In this document: one piece after another, positions 49,904 to 59,675 of the stretch | Position numbering within the stretch: position 1 is the first letter of the stretch | Layout: each line of letters starts with the position of its first letter | Source of the DNA: Candidatus Hydrogenedentota bacterium | GTDB taxonomy: Bacteria > Hydrogenedentota > Hydrogenedentia > Hydrogenedentales > JAEUWI01 | Assembly: GCA_034669905.1 (NCBI GenBank) | Contig: JAXMOL010000015.1 | Coordinates: 81,313 to 145,312 of the forward strand | DNA length: 64,000 nt | Direction of reading: 5' to 3' | Translations under genes and position numbers: made by a program | Notes under the pieces: model-generated | Databases searched by the model: none | What the model was told of the DNA's origin: nothing | Seen by the model: only the letters and a program-made list of their open reading frames with translations

Positions 49904-52000
49904 TTACCCGGGATACGTATCCCGTTTACCTCTGGGAGGCCCCTGTGCTTGCAGGGCCTTCCGCGTCGCCTCCAGGGCTTCCACCTCTTCGGGTTTCGGC
50001 GCAGACCGATAGCGGAGCGTGGCCCACTGGCGATACCACTGCGCGAGACTACGCTGCTTTTCCTGGTGGTCGGGTGAGGCTTCCAACTCCCGGGCAAACG
50101 CGTGGGCCGTGGTATGGGGGGCACGGCGTAAACGCAATTTTTTGTATACCCAGCGGTCCATGCCGGAAATCTGCTCCTGAAGCTGCTGTTGCATCTCATC
50201 ACGGATCGGCCCCTTGCGCCATCCCCCCTTTCGCCACCGTTTCCGAATCTCCCAGAGCAACAGCGCGACAATTCCCACGGCCACCACCAACCACCAGGCC
50301 CACTGAAGAAAGGCCAGCACGCCCCAAAGGACGGTACGTAACACGTGGGTCAGACTGGTCCAGGCCCCTTCCTTCACTGCCGCGATAAGGCGCCGTACCG
50401 TGAGGCTGAGCATGCTCCAGAAGTCCCGGAACCCGCCCGTGGACTGGGCCATGGCCCCCGTGGGCAAGCCGCTCGCCGGAGTCGCTTCCACAATAAACCA
50501 GCCTTCTTCGGGGTCCCAGGCTTCGACCCAGGCATGGGCGTCCCGGTTCCGGGCTACCCAGTAGTCGGCAAAGGGATGTTGCTCCCAGACGCCCACGCCG
50601 GTCACATAACGGGCGGGTACGCCGCTGGCCCGCAGCAACAATGCCGCCCCCGTGGCAAAAAATTCACAATGCCCGTCCGGAAGGGGATCAGAGAAGAGAA
50701 AATACGCCATCGGCTCTTCCCCGGTGGGCACTTCGATTCCGAGGACGTAGTCGTAATTGGAGGTAAAGTATTGGGTGATGGCATTGGCCTTGCCCAGGAC
50801 CGAAGTCTGATCCCCTGCGACCTGCGCGGCCAGTTCTTTCAACTGTGGCGCCAGGTTGGAAGGCAGCACCGTGTACTGTGCAAACTCCTCGGGACTCAGC
50901 GCTTCGATGGCAGGTTCGACGGTCGTCAGTACGTGGTAGGGACGTCCCAGCAGTTCGCTGGATGCCTGCACCACCCGGGCCTCATTGACAATCAGATAGC
51001 CGAACTGCGAACCGACCCAGCCCGTTTCCCCCGGGGTGAACATGGCCCGGTCGATGCGCTCGTCGGGATAAACTACCATTTCCCCCACGACGGAATCTGC
51101 CGCGGGCGCCACGACGTAGAGTGACTCGTCGCTCCACTCGGGCGTGTAATTGACGGGATAGTCCTCGGGGTTGTCCGCCGCGTCACCCACCCCTACTGCG
51201 GACCAGGCTTTGTTGTTGTACGTGTCGTAGACTTGCCCACGCAGGTATCCCGGGCTTTCGTCGGCGACAATTTGCAGGGCAATATGGTCGAAGTTCTTGC
51301 CCTTGATGCTACTCATGCTGTCCATCCGCGCGGTGAGTTGATTCCCCAACACAAACCGGTTCTGGGCGAAACTGCGGTTGGCAATCCATTGCCCCACGGC
51401 CTGCTCGCTGTTTCCCAAGACCCACACCGTCCCGGCGGCGAGAAGCATGGACAGGGTAAAACAACAGGCCAGCAGGACCGCGCGATAGCCCCGATAGGTC
51501 TTCTTCAGGTGCTCGGGAGGCCGCGTCTCCGTCCCGTAGTACAGGATGAGCAGCACACCGAACCCCATGACCAGGCCGAAGATCAGGGGGCGCTCGGACG
51601 AATTCGTTATGTAGTGATCCGAAGCAAACGCGAGGGACAGGGCACCCAGCAAGGGATAGTAGTTGGGAAGGCCCCGCGCGTCTTTCCAGTAGTATTGGAG
51701 GGCCTGCAGCATCATCAGCCCCAACGACGCGGCCAGCGCGAAATTCTCGGCAAACTGGGCGGAGCGGGAAGGCTGCACCAGTCGCAGGTCGAAACGCCAC
51801 CATAGCCAATAGCACGTCACGATTGCGAGGGCCGAAAAAAACTTCTTCCGGTAGTGCCAGTCCAACTGCAGCGAAGGAAAGCACCCTACCCCCGCGACAC
51901 ACAGGGCCAGCAGGGCAACGGGGAGATAGCCCATCGTGCGATAGAGGACAGCCGCCTCCACGCCAATCATGGCCAGTCCAATGAGGCGTCGTGCGATCAC
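49904..52000 (-). CDS. Membrane-bound transglutaminase-like protein (TgpA/DUF3488 type)
   Basis: Multi-TM N-terminus, YLRGQVYDTY, GHCEFFA (Cys), PARYVTG, HAWVEAW (His), EATP; GTG 52000 overlaps the DUF58 stop. Confidence 0.9.
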   Translation of the reverse strand: MIARRLIGLAMIGVEAAVLYRTMGYLPVALLALCVAGVGCFPSLQLDWHYRKKFFSALAIVTCYWLWWRFDLRLVQPSRSAQFAENFALAASLGLMMLQALQYYWKDARGLPNYYPLLGALSLAFASDHYITNSSERPLIFGLVMGFGVLLILYYGTETRPPEHLKKTYRGYRAVLLACCFTLSMLLAAGTVWVLGNSEQAVGQWIANRSFAQNRFVLGNQLTARMDSMSSIKGKNFDHIALQIVADESPGYLRGQVYDTYNNKAWSAVGVGDAADNPEDYPVNYTPEWSDESLYVVAPAADSVVGEMVVYPDERIDRAMFTPGETGWVGSQFGYLIVNEARVVQASSELLGRPYHVLTTVEPAIEALSPEEFAQYTVLPSNLAPQLKELAAQVAGDQTSVLGKANAITQYFTSNYDYVLGIEVPTGEEPMAYFLFSDPLPDGHCEFFATGAALLLRASGVPARYVTGVGVWEQHPFADYWVARNRDAHAWVEAWDPEEGWFIVEATPASGLPTGAMAQSTGGFRDFWSMLSLTVRRLIAAVKEGAWTSLTHVLRTVLWGVLAFLQWAWWLVVAVGIVALLLWEIRKRWRKGGWRKGPIRDEMQQQLQEQISGMDRWVYKKLRLRRAPHTTAHAFARELEASPDHQEKQRSLAQWYRQWATLRYRSAPKPEEVEALEATRKALQAQGPPRGKRDTYPG

Positions 52001-53274
52001 AGCGTGTCCACCCCGCCGCCTGCGACGGCCGCGACCGTGACCTGCTGCACGTGGGGCGTCCAACGATACGCGCTGTCCAGCCCTTCGGTCGTTTCCTCAT
52101 CCCGAACGACAACCACCTTGATGCTGCACCCCGCTTCTGCCGCCGAACGAACCACCTGTTCGCGGGACTTGTCCCAGTCGAGAAAAACGCAGACCACGGT
52201 CGAGATATTGCGTAACTCGTCGAGCAAGGCTGGCGCCAGGCGACCAAAGGGATTGTCCACCGTGTGGCCAACCCCGGCCAGTATCTCCAGAACGTTGTCC
52301 AGGTGTGCCGTGTGCCGCCCTGCCCGGAAGACATGTAACTCAGGACCGGCCGCAAAGAGATCGATGAGGTATTCTCCCCGAGACAGGGCATCGGCCACGG
52401 CGGCGGTCAGACTGACGGCGGCTTCAAAGTCGGGAAATCCGGCAGGCGTTGGTGGCTGCTCCTTGCCGGTGAAGGTGTCCAGCACGAGGGCAATGCGGCA
52501 ATAATACTCTTCCTGAAACTCGCGCACCGCCGGCTTGGAGAGCCGTGCCCAGGCCCGAAAATCTATGTGGCGTATGGGGTCGCCGGGTACGTACTCCCGG
52601 TTTCCGATGTACTCGGGGGATTCCCCCACGTGGGAAGTCAGGGCAATGCCGCCGGGTTGATACCGCGTTCCAATGGGAATGTCGATGCGGTGGATGGCAT
52701 GAAAACTCGGCAGCACGAGGAGCGGCCAGGCATCACTTTCTCCGGCCGGGGTCCGATAGAAATTCAGGGGGAAGGTCGAAAACGCCACGAGGCCGGGCAT
52801 CTTGTAGTGGCCCCGTCGCCGGGGAATTATGGAAATCTCGAAACGGGTCGACTCGCCGGGACCAATCGCGCCGATTACTTCGGCGGGAGGACCCGGGTCA
52901 ATTTCCAGGGGCATGAGGTAGACCCCCGCCCCCACCGAGAGCTGGGGGAAGCGACCGGGATTGTGTAGTTCGCCGTGTACGGTCAGAAGCTGATCCACGG
53001 CACCGCGCGTGGGGAAGTCTGGTCGGATTCGCACCCGGGGGCGCAGGAGCAGCCCGAATACCAGCGCAATCACCCCGGGAGCCGTCCAGGCGCACACGAC
53101 AAAATAGACCGGACGGTCGATGCCGCTCACCCCCATCAAGGTGGTGAGAAACCAACCGGCGAGGGCCAGCCAGCCCAAGGGAAGTACGCGAAATGCCGCC
53201 AGCCACATGATCAGTCGGTGCAGACTGGGGATAACCACGAAATCCTTGCGGCGAATAAATTGCTCTAAGGTCAT
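51997..53274 (-). CDS. DUF58 domain protein
   Basis: RRGHY, REYVPGDPIRHIDFRAWAR..VREFQ, LVLD, FEAAVSLTA. Confidence 0.92.
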   Translation of the reverse strand: MTLEQFIRRKDFVVIPSLHRLIMWLAAFRVLPLGWLALAGWFLTTLMGVSGIDRPVYFVVCAWTAPGVIALVFGLLLRPRVRIRPDFPTRGAVDQLLTVHGELHNPGRFPQLSVGAGVYLMPLEIDPGPPAEVIGAIGPGESTRFEISIIPRRRGHYKMPGLVAFSTFPLNFYRTPAGESDAWPLLVLPSFHAIHRIDIPIGTRYQPGGIALTSHVGESPEYIGNREYVPGDPIRHIDFRAWARLSKPAVREFQEEYYCRIALVLDTFTGKEQPPTPAGFPDFEAAVSLTAAVADALSRGEYLIDLFAAGPELHVFRAGRHTAHLDNVLEILAGVGHTVDNPFGRLAPALLDELRNISTVVCVFLDWDKSREQVVRSAAEAGCSIKVVVVRDEETTEGLDSAYRWTPHVQQVTVAAVAGGGVDTL

Positions 53275-53304
53275 GGCATGCCCCGTCCTATAGATTGACT
53301 GCGG

Positions 53305-53463
53305 TTAGAACAGCGTATAGATAAAGGGAGCGACGGCCGAGCCCTTGGCAATTACGATCAGCGCCCCAAAGAGCACGAGAAACAGGATAATAGGACCGAG
53401 CCACCATTTCTTCCGCACCCGGGCGAAGTCCCAGAGTTCACGGAGTATGGACGATTTCGCCAT
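53305..53463 (-). CDS. Small membrane protein, DUF5989/SxtK-like (52 aa)
   Basis: Not in the ORF track. Manual translation MAKSSILRELWDFARVRKKWWLGPIILFLVLFGALIVIAKGSAVAPFIYTLF; GAAGGA upstream. Confidence 0.92.
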   Translation of the reverse strand: MAKSSILRELWDFARVRKKWWLGPIILFLVLFGALIVIAKGSAVAPFIYTLF

Positions 53464-53495
53464 TTCGTATTCCTTCTACTGCCTCCCCATGGGGG

Positions 53496-53933
53496 CTAGT
53501 ATTGCTTTTCACTCTGGGTAGCATCGTACCCGGCGGCATCCCGCCGAATCCAATAACTCGCGCGCGCACCGGGCTCCCAGGAAAGATCCAGCAGGGGCTT
53601 TCCAAAAAAGCGGTTCAATCCCCGCACCGTCGAAAAGACGCTGTAGAAAAACAGGGCGAGGAAGAGGGTCGACACAATGGTGCCCATGACCACGGCGAAG
53701 GCCATCCACACTTTCTGGAGGGGCAACAGGGCGATGGAAATATCGGTCTTGAACAGCTTATCGAAGAGCACCGGCACCAGAAAGGCCAGGCCGATGATGA
53801 ACACGACGGGATAAAAACCGGAACGCCACCACAGCACCCCGCCAATCAGGAAGGCCGCCACGGCCATCACGATGCCAAATTGATGCCGCTCATGGCGACC
53901 ACTCTTTATTTCTCGGATTTCTTGGAGGAACAT
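53496..53933 (-). CDS. SxtJ-family membrane protein
   Basis: RHQFG, WMAFA..G, SYWIRR, terminal EKQY; lies between the carbamoyltransferase and the SxtK-like gene. Confidence 0.85.
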   Translation of the reverse strand: MFLQEIREIKSGRHERHQFGIVMAVAAFLIGGVLWWRSGFYPVVFIIGLAFLVPVLFDKLFKTDISIALLPLQKVWMAFAVVMGTIVSTLFLALFFYSVFSTVRGLNRFFGKPLLDLSWEPGARASYWIRRDAAGYDATQSEKQY

Positions 53934-53936
53934 GGC

Positions 53937-55802
53937 TCAGTCCAATTCAAATTCGCGACGCCAGTCTGTGTCCCCTTCCAGGGCAGGCTGGGCCGATTTG
54001 GAGAGTACGCAGTTTTCCAGAACCAGGTAGTCCATATCGGTGCGCATGAAGCAGCGGTAGGCGTCTTCCGGCGTGCACACGATGGGTTCTCCCCGCACGT
54101 TAAAGGACGTGTTAATCACCACCGAACAGCCAGTCTTTGCCTTGAAGGCCTGCAGCAGTCGGTAGTAGCGCGGGTTGGTTGCTTCGTGCACTGTCTGAAT
54201 CCGCGCGGAGTAATCCACATGGGTAATGGCAGGAAGGGTTGAACGTGTCACGTTCAGCTTTTCTATGCCAAAGAGGGCCCGCTCTTCGTCAGTCATTTCC
54301 CGCCGTAGCGATTCCTTCACCGGTGCCACCAGCAGCATGTAGGGGCTCTCGCAATCCTGCTCGAAATACTCCGACACGTCTTCCGCGAGGACCGAGGGGG
54401 CGAAGGGCCGGAAACTCTCCCGAAACTTAATCTTGAGGTTCATGGTTTCCTGCATCTTCGGGGAACGGGGGTCCCCAAGAATGGAACGGCCCCCCAGGGC
54501 GCGGGGTCCGAACTCCATGGCCCCCTGAAACCAACCCACCACGTTTTCGTTGGCGAGATGCTCAGCCACATTCGCAGCCAGTGCGCCCTCGTCGAGGGCC
54601 TCGTAGGGATAGCCGTGTTCATCCAGGAAGGACTGGATCGTTTCGCTGGAAAAGGTGGGGCCGAGATAGGTGCCGCGCTGCGTGTCGGTCGTGCCGTTGG
54701 CCGTACGGGGCTGGTCGGCGTATTGGTGCCACCCGTAGAGGGCGGCACCGAGCGCGCCCCCCGCATCACCCGCAGCGGGCTGAATCCAAAGGCGCTCAAA
54801 GGGGCCTTCCCGAAGCAACCGGCCATTGGCCACACAGTTCAACGCGACGCCCCCGGCGAGACAGAGGTTTTCGCAGCCCGTCTCCTCGTGCACGTGGCGG
54901 CCCATGCGCAACATGGCCTCTTCCGTCACTTCCTGCACCGAGCGGGCGAGATCCATTTCCCGCTGGGTGAGCCTGGATTCGGCCGTCCGGGGCGGACCTC
55001 CGAAAAGGGCGTCGAAGTGGTGGTTGGTCATGGTGAGACCGGCGCAGTAGTTAAAGTATTTCATATTCATCTGAAAGGAGCCATCGTCTTTCAGATCGAT
55101 GAGTTCATCCAGAATGGTCTGTACGTAGGTGGGCTCGCCGTAGGGGGCCAGGCCCATGACCTTATACTCCCCCGAATTGACCTTGAAGCCCGTGTAGTAG
55201 GTAAAGGCCGAGTAGAGGAGCCCCAGGGAATGGGGAAAGTGTATTTCGCCGGTCATGGTGAGCCGGTTGCCATCCCCCACGCCGTAGCTCGTGGTGGCCC
55301 ACTCCCCCACGCCGTCGATGGTCAAAAAGGCTGCCCGCTCAAAGGGCGAGGGATAAAAGGCCGAAGCCGCATGGGACTCGTGGTGCTCGGGAAAAAGAAT
55401 GGTGCCGTCGTAGTCCAACTCGGTGGCGATGTGATCTTTGAGCCAGATCTTATCCTTCAACCAGACGGGGATGGCCTTGATGAAGGAGCGGATACCTCGG
55501 GGCGCATAGGCCAGATGGGTCTGGAGGATGCGCTCGAACTTCAGAAAGGGCTTGTCGTAAAAGGCCACCCGATCAATGTCGCCATGGCCCACGCCGCCCG
55601 CTTCCAGACACCACGCCACCGCCTGGGTGGGAAAGGCCTGGTCGTGTTTGATGCGGGTGAAGCGCTCTTCCTGCGCCGCCGCCACGATGCGTCCGTCAAT
55701 CACGAGGCACGCCGCGCTGTCGTGGTAGTAGGCCGAAATGCCGAGAATTACCCGGGGCGGGCGGACACCCTCTCCCCTGCTGTCGTCGTGCCCCATGGTC
55801 AA
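53937..55802 (-). CDS. O-carbamoyltransferase (NodU/CmcH/SxtI family)
   Basis: [60 protein letters not shown]. Start TTG 55802 or ATG 55796. Confidence 0.95.
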   Translation of the reverse strand: MTMGHDDSRGEGVRPPRVILGISAYYHDSAACLVIDGRIVAAAQEERFTRIKHDQAFPTQAVAWCLEAGGVGHGDIDRVAFYDKPFLKFERILQTHLAYAPRGIRSFIKAIPVWLKDKIWLKDHIATELDYDGTILFPEHHESHAASAFYPSPFERAAFLTIDGVGEWATTSYGVGDGNRLTMTGEIHFPHSLGLLYSAFTYYTGFKVNSGEYKVMGLAPYGEPTYVQTILDELIDLKDDGSFQMNMKYFNYCAGLTMTNHHFDALFGGPPRTAESRLTQREMDLARSVQEVTEEAMLRMGRHVHEETGCENLCLAGGVALNCVANGRLLREGPFERLWIQPAAGDAGGALGAALYGWHQYADQPRTANGTTDTQRGTYLGPTFSSETIQSFLDEHGYPYEALDEGALAANVAEHLANENVVGWFQGAMEFGPRALGGRSILGDPRSPKMQETMNLKIKFRESFRPFAPSVLAEDVSEYFEQDCESPYMLLVAPVKESLRREMTDEERALFGIEKLNVTRSTLPAITHVDYSARIQTVHEATNPRYYRLLQAFKAKTGCSVVINTSFNVRGEPIVCTPEDAYRCFMRTDMDYLVLENCVLSKSAQPALEGDTDWRREFELD

Positions 55803-56671
55803 CCCCGCTGCGCCAACAGACCGCGAAGATACTCGGCGTAGGCACTCTTGCCCATGGAGTCGGCTTCCCGCTGGACGGCGTCGGCATCGATCCAGCCGAG
55901 GTTCCAGGCAATTTCTTCGAGACAGGAAATCTTCAATCCCTGGCGTTCCTCAATGGCCTGCACGAATTGACCCGCTTCCATGAGACTGCGGTTGGTGCCC
56001 GTATCCAGCCAGGCGATTCCCCGACCCAGGACCTCCACGCGCAATCGGCCCTCTTCCATGAACATTCGGTTGAGGTCCGTAATTTCGAGTTCACCCCGGG
56101 CACCGGGCTTCAGCGCCTGCGCCATGGGGACCACTTCGGGTCCATAGTAATAGAGGCCAGGCACGGCATAGTGGCTCTTGGGCTGGGCCGGTTTTTCTTC
56201 CAGACTGATGGCCGTGCCCTGGTCATCGAAGGAGACCACGCCGTAACGCTCGGGGTCGCTCACGTAGTAACCGAAAATCTGCGCGCCTGCCGTAAGCTGG
56301 GCCGATTCACGCAGCAGGCCCGTCAGCCCGTGGCCATAGAAAATATTGTCGCCCAGCACGAGGCAGACGGGGCTATCGCCCACAAAGTCCGCGCCAATAA
56401 TAAAGGCCTGGGCCAGGCCTTCGGGCCGGGGTTGCTCGGCATAGCTTAAGGACATCCCCCACCGGCTGCCATCCCCCAGAAGGCGTTGAAAACTCGGCAA
56501 GTCTTCGGGCGTGGAAATGAGCAAGACCTCACGGATACCCGAAAGCATCAGCATGCTCAGCGGATAGTAAATCATGGGTTTGTCATAGACGGGCAGGAGC
56601 TGTTTGCTGACCACCCGCGTCAGCGGATGTAGCCGCGTGCCGGCACCTCCGGCAAGAATAATACCTTTCAT
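55799..56671 (-). CDS. rfbA: Glucose-1-phosphate thymidylyltransferase
   Basis: [58 protein letters not shown]. Confidence 0.97.
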   Translation of the reverse strand: MKGIILAGGAGTRLHPLTRVVSKQLLPVYDKPMIYYPLSMLMLSGIREVLLISTPEDLPSFQRLLGDGSRWGMSLSYAEQPRPEGLAQAFIIGADFVGDSPVCLVLGDNIFYGHGLTGLLRESAQLTAGAQIFGYYVSDPERYGVVSFDDQGTAISLEEKPAQPKSHYAVPGLYYYGPEVVPMAQALKPGARGELEITDLNRMFMEEGRLRVEVLGRGIAWLDTGTNRSLMEAGQFVQAIEERQGLKISCLEEIAWNLGWIDADAVQREADSMGKSAYAEYLRGLLAQRG

Positions 56672-56864
56672 AGACTGACCTGCTGCACCTTCCGGGTGTT
56701 ACGGGGGATAGACCAACTTCGACCGCCGTGACTGGCGTCCCAGCATAGCACGGCCCCCCTGATCAGGTCACATTTCCCTTGCTAATTCATAGTATTCATT
56801 GCCCCGGTTGGCTTACGTGTCAGACACAATGGTACAATGACCCCGGAAAACACGGAGAAACGGC

Positions 56865-57611
56865 ATGTCTTCAGAGCATAATGACCCGATTGAGCACGAA
56901 AACGGGGGCGCCATCAATGGCAACCCGCACCAGGCACCTGAGCCCACCCAACTCTACCGGGCCCACCCCTGGCACGGCATCTCGATCGGTCCCGAAGCAC
57001 CCAATACCATCAATGCCTATATCGAGATCTTACCCACCGATACGGTGAAGTATGAACTCGACAAGGTGACGGGATTGCTGCGCATCGACCGGCCCCAGCG
57101 CTTCTCCAACGTGTGCCCCGAGCTCTATGGCTTTGTGCCCCAGACCTATTGCGGGGAACAGGTGGCCGAGTATTGCCGCCACAAAACCGGACGGGACGAC
57201 ATCATCGGTGACGGGGACCCCTTGGACATTTGCGTCCTCACGGAAAAGCATATTGCCCACGTGAATATCTACATGCGCGCCCACCCCATCGGCGGCCTCC
57301 GCATGTTGGACGGCGACGAAGCCGACGACAAGATTATCGCCATCCTGGAAGGCGACCCCTCCTATGGCTATTGGCAGGACATCAGCCAGTGCCCCTCCAT
57401 GCTGGTGGAACGGCTCCGCCACTACTTCCTTACCTATAAGCAGGCACCGGACGCCATGCGCAAGGCCTGTGAGATTACCCACGTCTATGGGGCCGAGGAA
57501 GCCAAGGAAGTCATCCGTCGCAGCAACCTCGATTATCTCGATCGCTACGACAAACAGGGCGAAGCCCTCGACGATACGCCCCCCCTCGAGGCCGAAGTCG
57601 AAGACGAATAG
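56865..57611 (+). CDS. ppa: Family I inorganic pyrophosphatase
   Basis: HPWHG, KYELDK, YGFVPQT, DGDPLDI, DEADDKI. Confidence 0.95.
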   Translation: MSSEHNDPIEHENGGAINGNPHQAPEPTQLYRAHPWHGISIGPEAPNTINAYIEILPTDTVKYELDKVTGLLRIDRPQRFSNVCPELYGFVPQTYCGEQVAEYCRHKTGRDDIIGDGDPLDICVLTEKHIAHVNIYMRAHPIGGLRMLDGDEADDKIIAILEGDPSYGYWQDISQCPSMLVERLRHYFLTYKQAPDAMRKACEITHVYGAEEAKEVIRRSNLDYLDRYDKQGEALDDTPPLEAEVEDE

Positions 57612-57706
57612 GGCACGGTCCCCTTCCCACTACGTAGTCAAGAAATTCCGGGCGACAGACCCGCACCGTTTCCAATACGGGAGCAGTGCGCGTGTGGGTC
57701 TCCGAA

Positions 57707-57887
57707 ACTCCCCTGAAGGCCGTGCGCAGGGTGGGTTGCCATACCCCCCACCGAGAGCGGCGCAGGGGTGGGTTGCCATACTCCCCTCCTGAGAGCGGCG
57801 CAGGGATGGGTTACCATACTCCCCTCCTGAGAGCGGCGCAGGGGTGGGTTGCCATACTCCCCTCCTGGGAGGGGCGCAGGGGTGGGT
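57707..57887. repeat. Tandem array of ~38-bp REP-like units, about 5 copies
   Basis: Unit ACTCCCCTCCTGAGAGCGGCGCAGGGGTGGGTTGCCAT starting at 57707, 57743, 57780, 57818 and 57856; no unique spacers. Confidence 0.9.
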
Positions 57888-58466
57888 TTAATTTACTTCC
57901 ACCCCGACCTTTGCCAGGGCGCGGCGTAAATCATCGGGCGTAAAGGGCTTCTGCATCAACATCGTCGCCCCCATCTCCACGATACGCTCCGCCACATCCC
58001 CCTCGTAGTACCCCGTCATGCCGATAATCTGGCAACCCGCCGTCTCCGGATCCGACTTGATACGTCGGCACACTTCAAAGCCATCCATCCCCGGCAGGCG
58101 TAGATCCAGAAACATCACATTGGGACGAAACGTTGCCATATGATGCCCGGCTTCAAAGCCATCGGCCGCCACTTCAATCTGGAACGGCGTCCGGGATCGC
58201 TCGAGAAAACGACGAATAACCGATACCACGGCCTTTTCATCGTCTACGACCAGCACCCGAATACCGGCGTTGTCCAAATCTTCATGAATGGGAATCTTGT
58301 TTTCCCGAAGAAAACGCACCAGGTCATCCCGCCGAATTCGGCGGTGTCCACCCGGTGTCTTGAAGACGTGAATACGCCCTGCTTCTGCCCACTTCCGGAT
58401 CGTATCTGCCGTAACATGGCAGTACTTCGCGACCTCTGAGGTACTGAACGATTGCTTCGATTCCAT
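57888..58466 (-). CDS. Response regulator with N-terminal excisionase/MerR-type HTH and C-terminal receiver domain
   Basis: FSTSEVAKYCHV..TIRKW..KTPGGHRRI; VLVVDDE, FLDLRLPGMDG, MTG, QKPF. Confidence 0.93.
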   Translation of the reverse strand: MESKQSFSTSEVAKYCHVTADTIRKWAEAGRIHVFKTPGGHRRIRRDDLVRFLRENKIPIHEDLDNAGIRVLVVDDEKAVVSVIRRFLERSRTPFQIEVAADGFEAGHHMATFRPNVMFLDLRLPGMDGFEVCRRIKSDPETAGCQIIGMTGYYEGDVAERIVEMGATMLMQKPFTPDDLRRALAKVGVEVN

Positions 58467-58636
58467 CCCTAGGTCCCAACTTTGATTGGTTTAATCGAAT
58501 TGACCACAAACAACAGAATAGCCCGAAGTACGAGATATTGCAAGTTTTTTCATTTTCGCGTCAACAGACAAAATCCCACCCGGCAAACACCGCCCGGCAG
58601 AGGGCTTTTCGCAGTATTGGGGCACATGCAATAAGA

Positions 58637-59245
58637 CCGTCACCCCACCGACACCACCACACGGGGCGCGGAAGTCCCTACAACACGCCTCCATCAGGGA
58701 CTGCTTCGCCCACAGGGACGCCGTGTTGGTGAATCCAGCGATGGAAAGCCCGTGGCATCGGCACGGGGACGAAAACGTGACAGGGCGTAGCTGTCCCGTC
58801 GTTGGAAAGGGGGTCAACGGGTCAACCTTCGCAACGACAGGACAGCCACTGCCGTCTGAGTCTTACAGGCGAAGACCCGTCACGTGGCGGGCCATCCCGT
58901 GACCCCACCGACACCACCACACGGGGCGCGGCAGTCCCTACAGCCCCCATCAGGGACTGCTACGCCCACAGGGACGCCGTGTTGGTGAATCCAGCGATGG
59001 AAAGCCCGTGGCATCGGCACGGGGACGAAAACGTGAGAGGGCGTGGCTGTCCCGTCGTTGGAAAGGGGGACAACGGGTCAATCTTCGCAACGACAGGACA
59101 GCCACCGCCCTCTGAGTCGTACAGGCGAAGACCCGTCACGTTGCGGGCCATCCCGTGACCCCACCGACACCACCACACGGGGCGCGGCAGTCCCTACAAC
59201 ACGCCCCCATCAGGGACTGCTTCGCCCACAGGGACGCCGTGTTGG
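58637..59245. repeat. Tandem ~260-bp hairpin-rich repeat, two full copies and one partial
   Basis: Units begin at 58637, 58897 and 59153 (periods 260 and 256) and are near-identical. Confidence 0.92.
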
Positions 59246-59285
59246 AAAACCTAAGGGCAGTCTACACATTTTTACGTTCGTTTTC

Positions 59286-59466
59286 CTCGTTCCCATGCTC
59301 CGCATGGGAACGCAGATCACGACGCTCCGCGTCGTCAGACCACGAAAGTTCAGGCGGCCTCCGTCCCTACGGCAACCCCGTCCCCCCCCTAAGAGGAGCG
59401 CAGGAAAAGGCATTCCCACCCAGAGCATGGGAACGAGCGAAAGCGGCAGCAAGCTGCCGCACTCAA
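59286..59466. repeat. Inverted REP doublet (CTCGTTCCCA..TGGGAA) followed by an AAAGCGGCAGCAAGCTGCCGCAC palindrome
   Basis: 59286-59313 and 59410-59437 are inverted copies; 59440-59466 resembles 20668-20696. Confidence 0.8.
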
Positions 59467-59627
59467 GGGAGTCGTCTGTTCTAACGGGTCTTCCCCGGAA
59501 ATGGATCATAAACCTTTTTTATGGCACCCCCACAACACAAAAAACCTCTTGGACGAATCCAAGAGGTTTCTTAAAGCTTTCCCCATTCCGCGGACCATAA
59601 AACCGGTGGCGGAAGGTGCATATTTAC

Positions 59628-59675
59628 TGGGGCTGGAACGGGGAATCGAACCCCGGACCTCTTCATTACGAGTGA
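59628..59675 (-). tRNA. 3' half of tRNA-Thr(CGT); truncated, interpreted as an attachment site
   Basis: Minus strand TCA-CTCGTAA-TGAAG AGGTC CGGGG-TTCGATT-CCCCG TTCCAGC C CCA: anticodon loop, T arm, acceptor 3' strand and CCA. No D arm or matching 5' acceptor strand upstream. Confidence 0.88.

Noticed and set aside
53305..55802. Saxitoxin biosynthesis cluster
   Set aside because: Only I/J/K-like genes are present; no sxtA, sxtG or other core genes.
57707..57887. Possible CRISPR array
   Set aside because: Units are contiguous with no unique spacers and there are no cas genes in the window.
58637..59245. Possible CRISPR array or coding repeat (ORFs 58491-58817, 58802-59158, 59043-59600)
   Set aside because: Whole units are duplicated with no spacers; the ORFs have no recognisable protein character and simply track the repeat.
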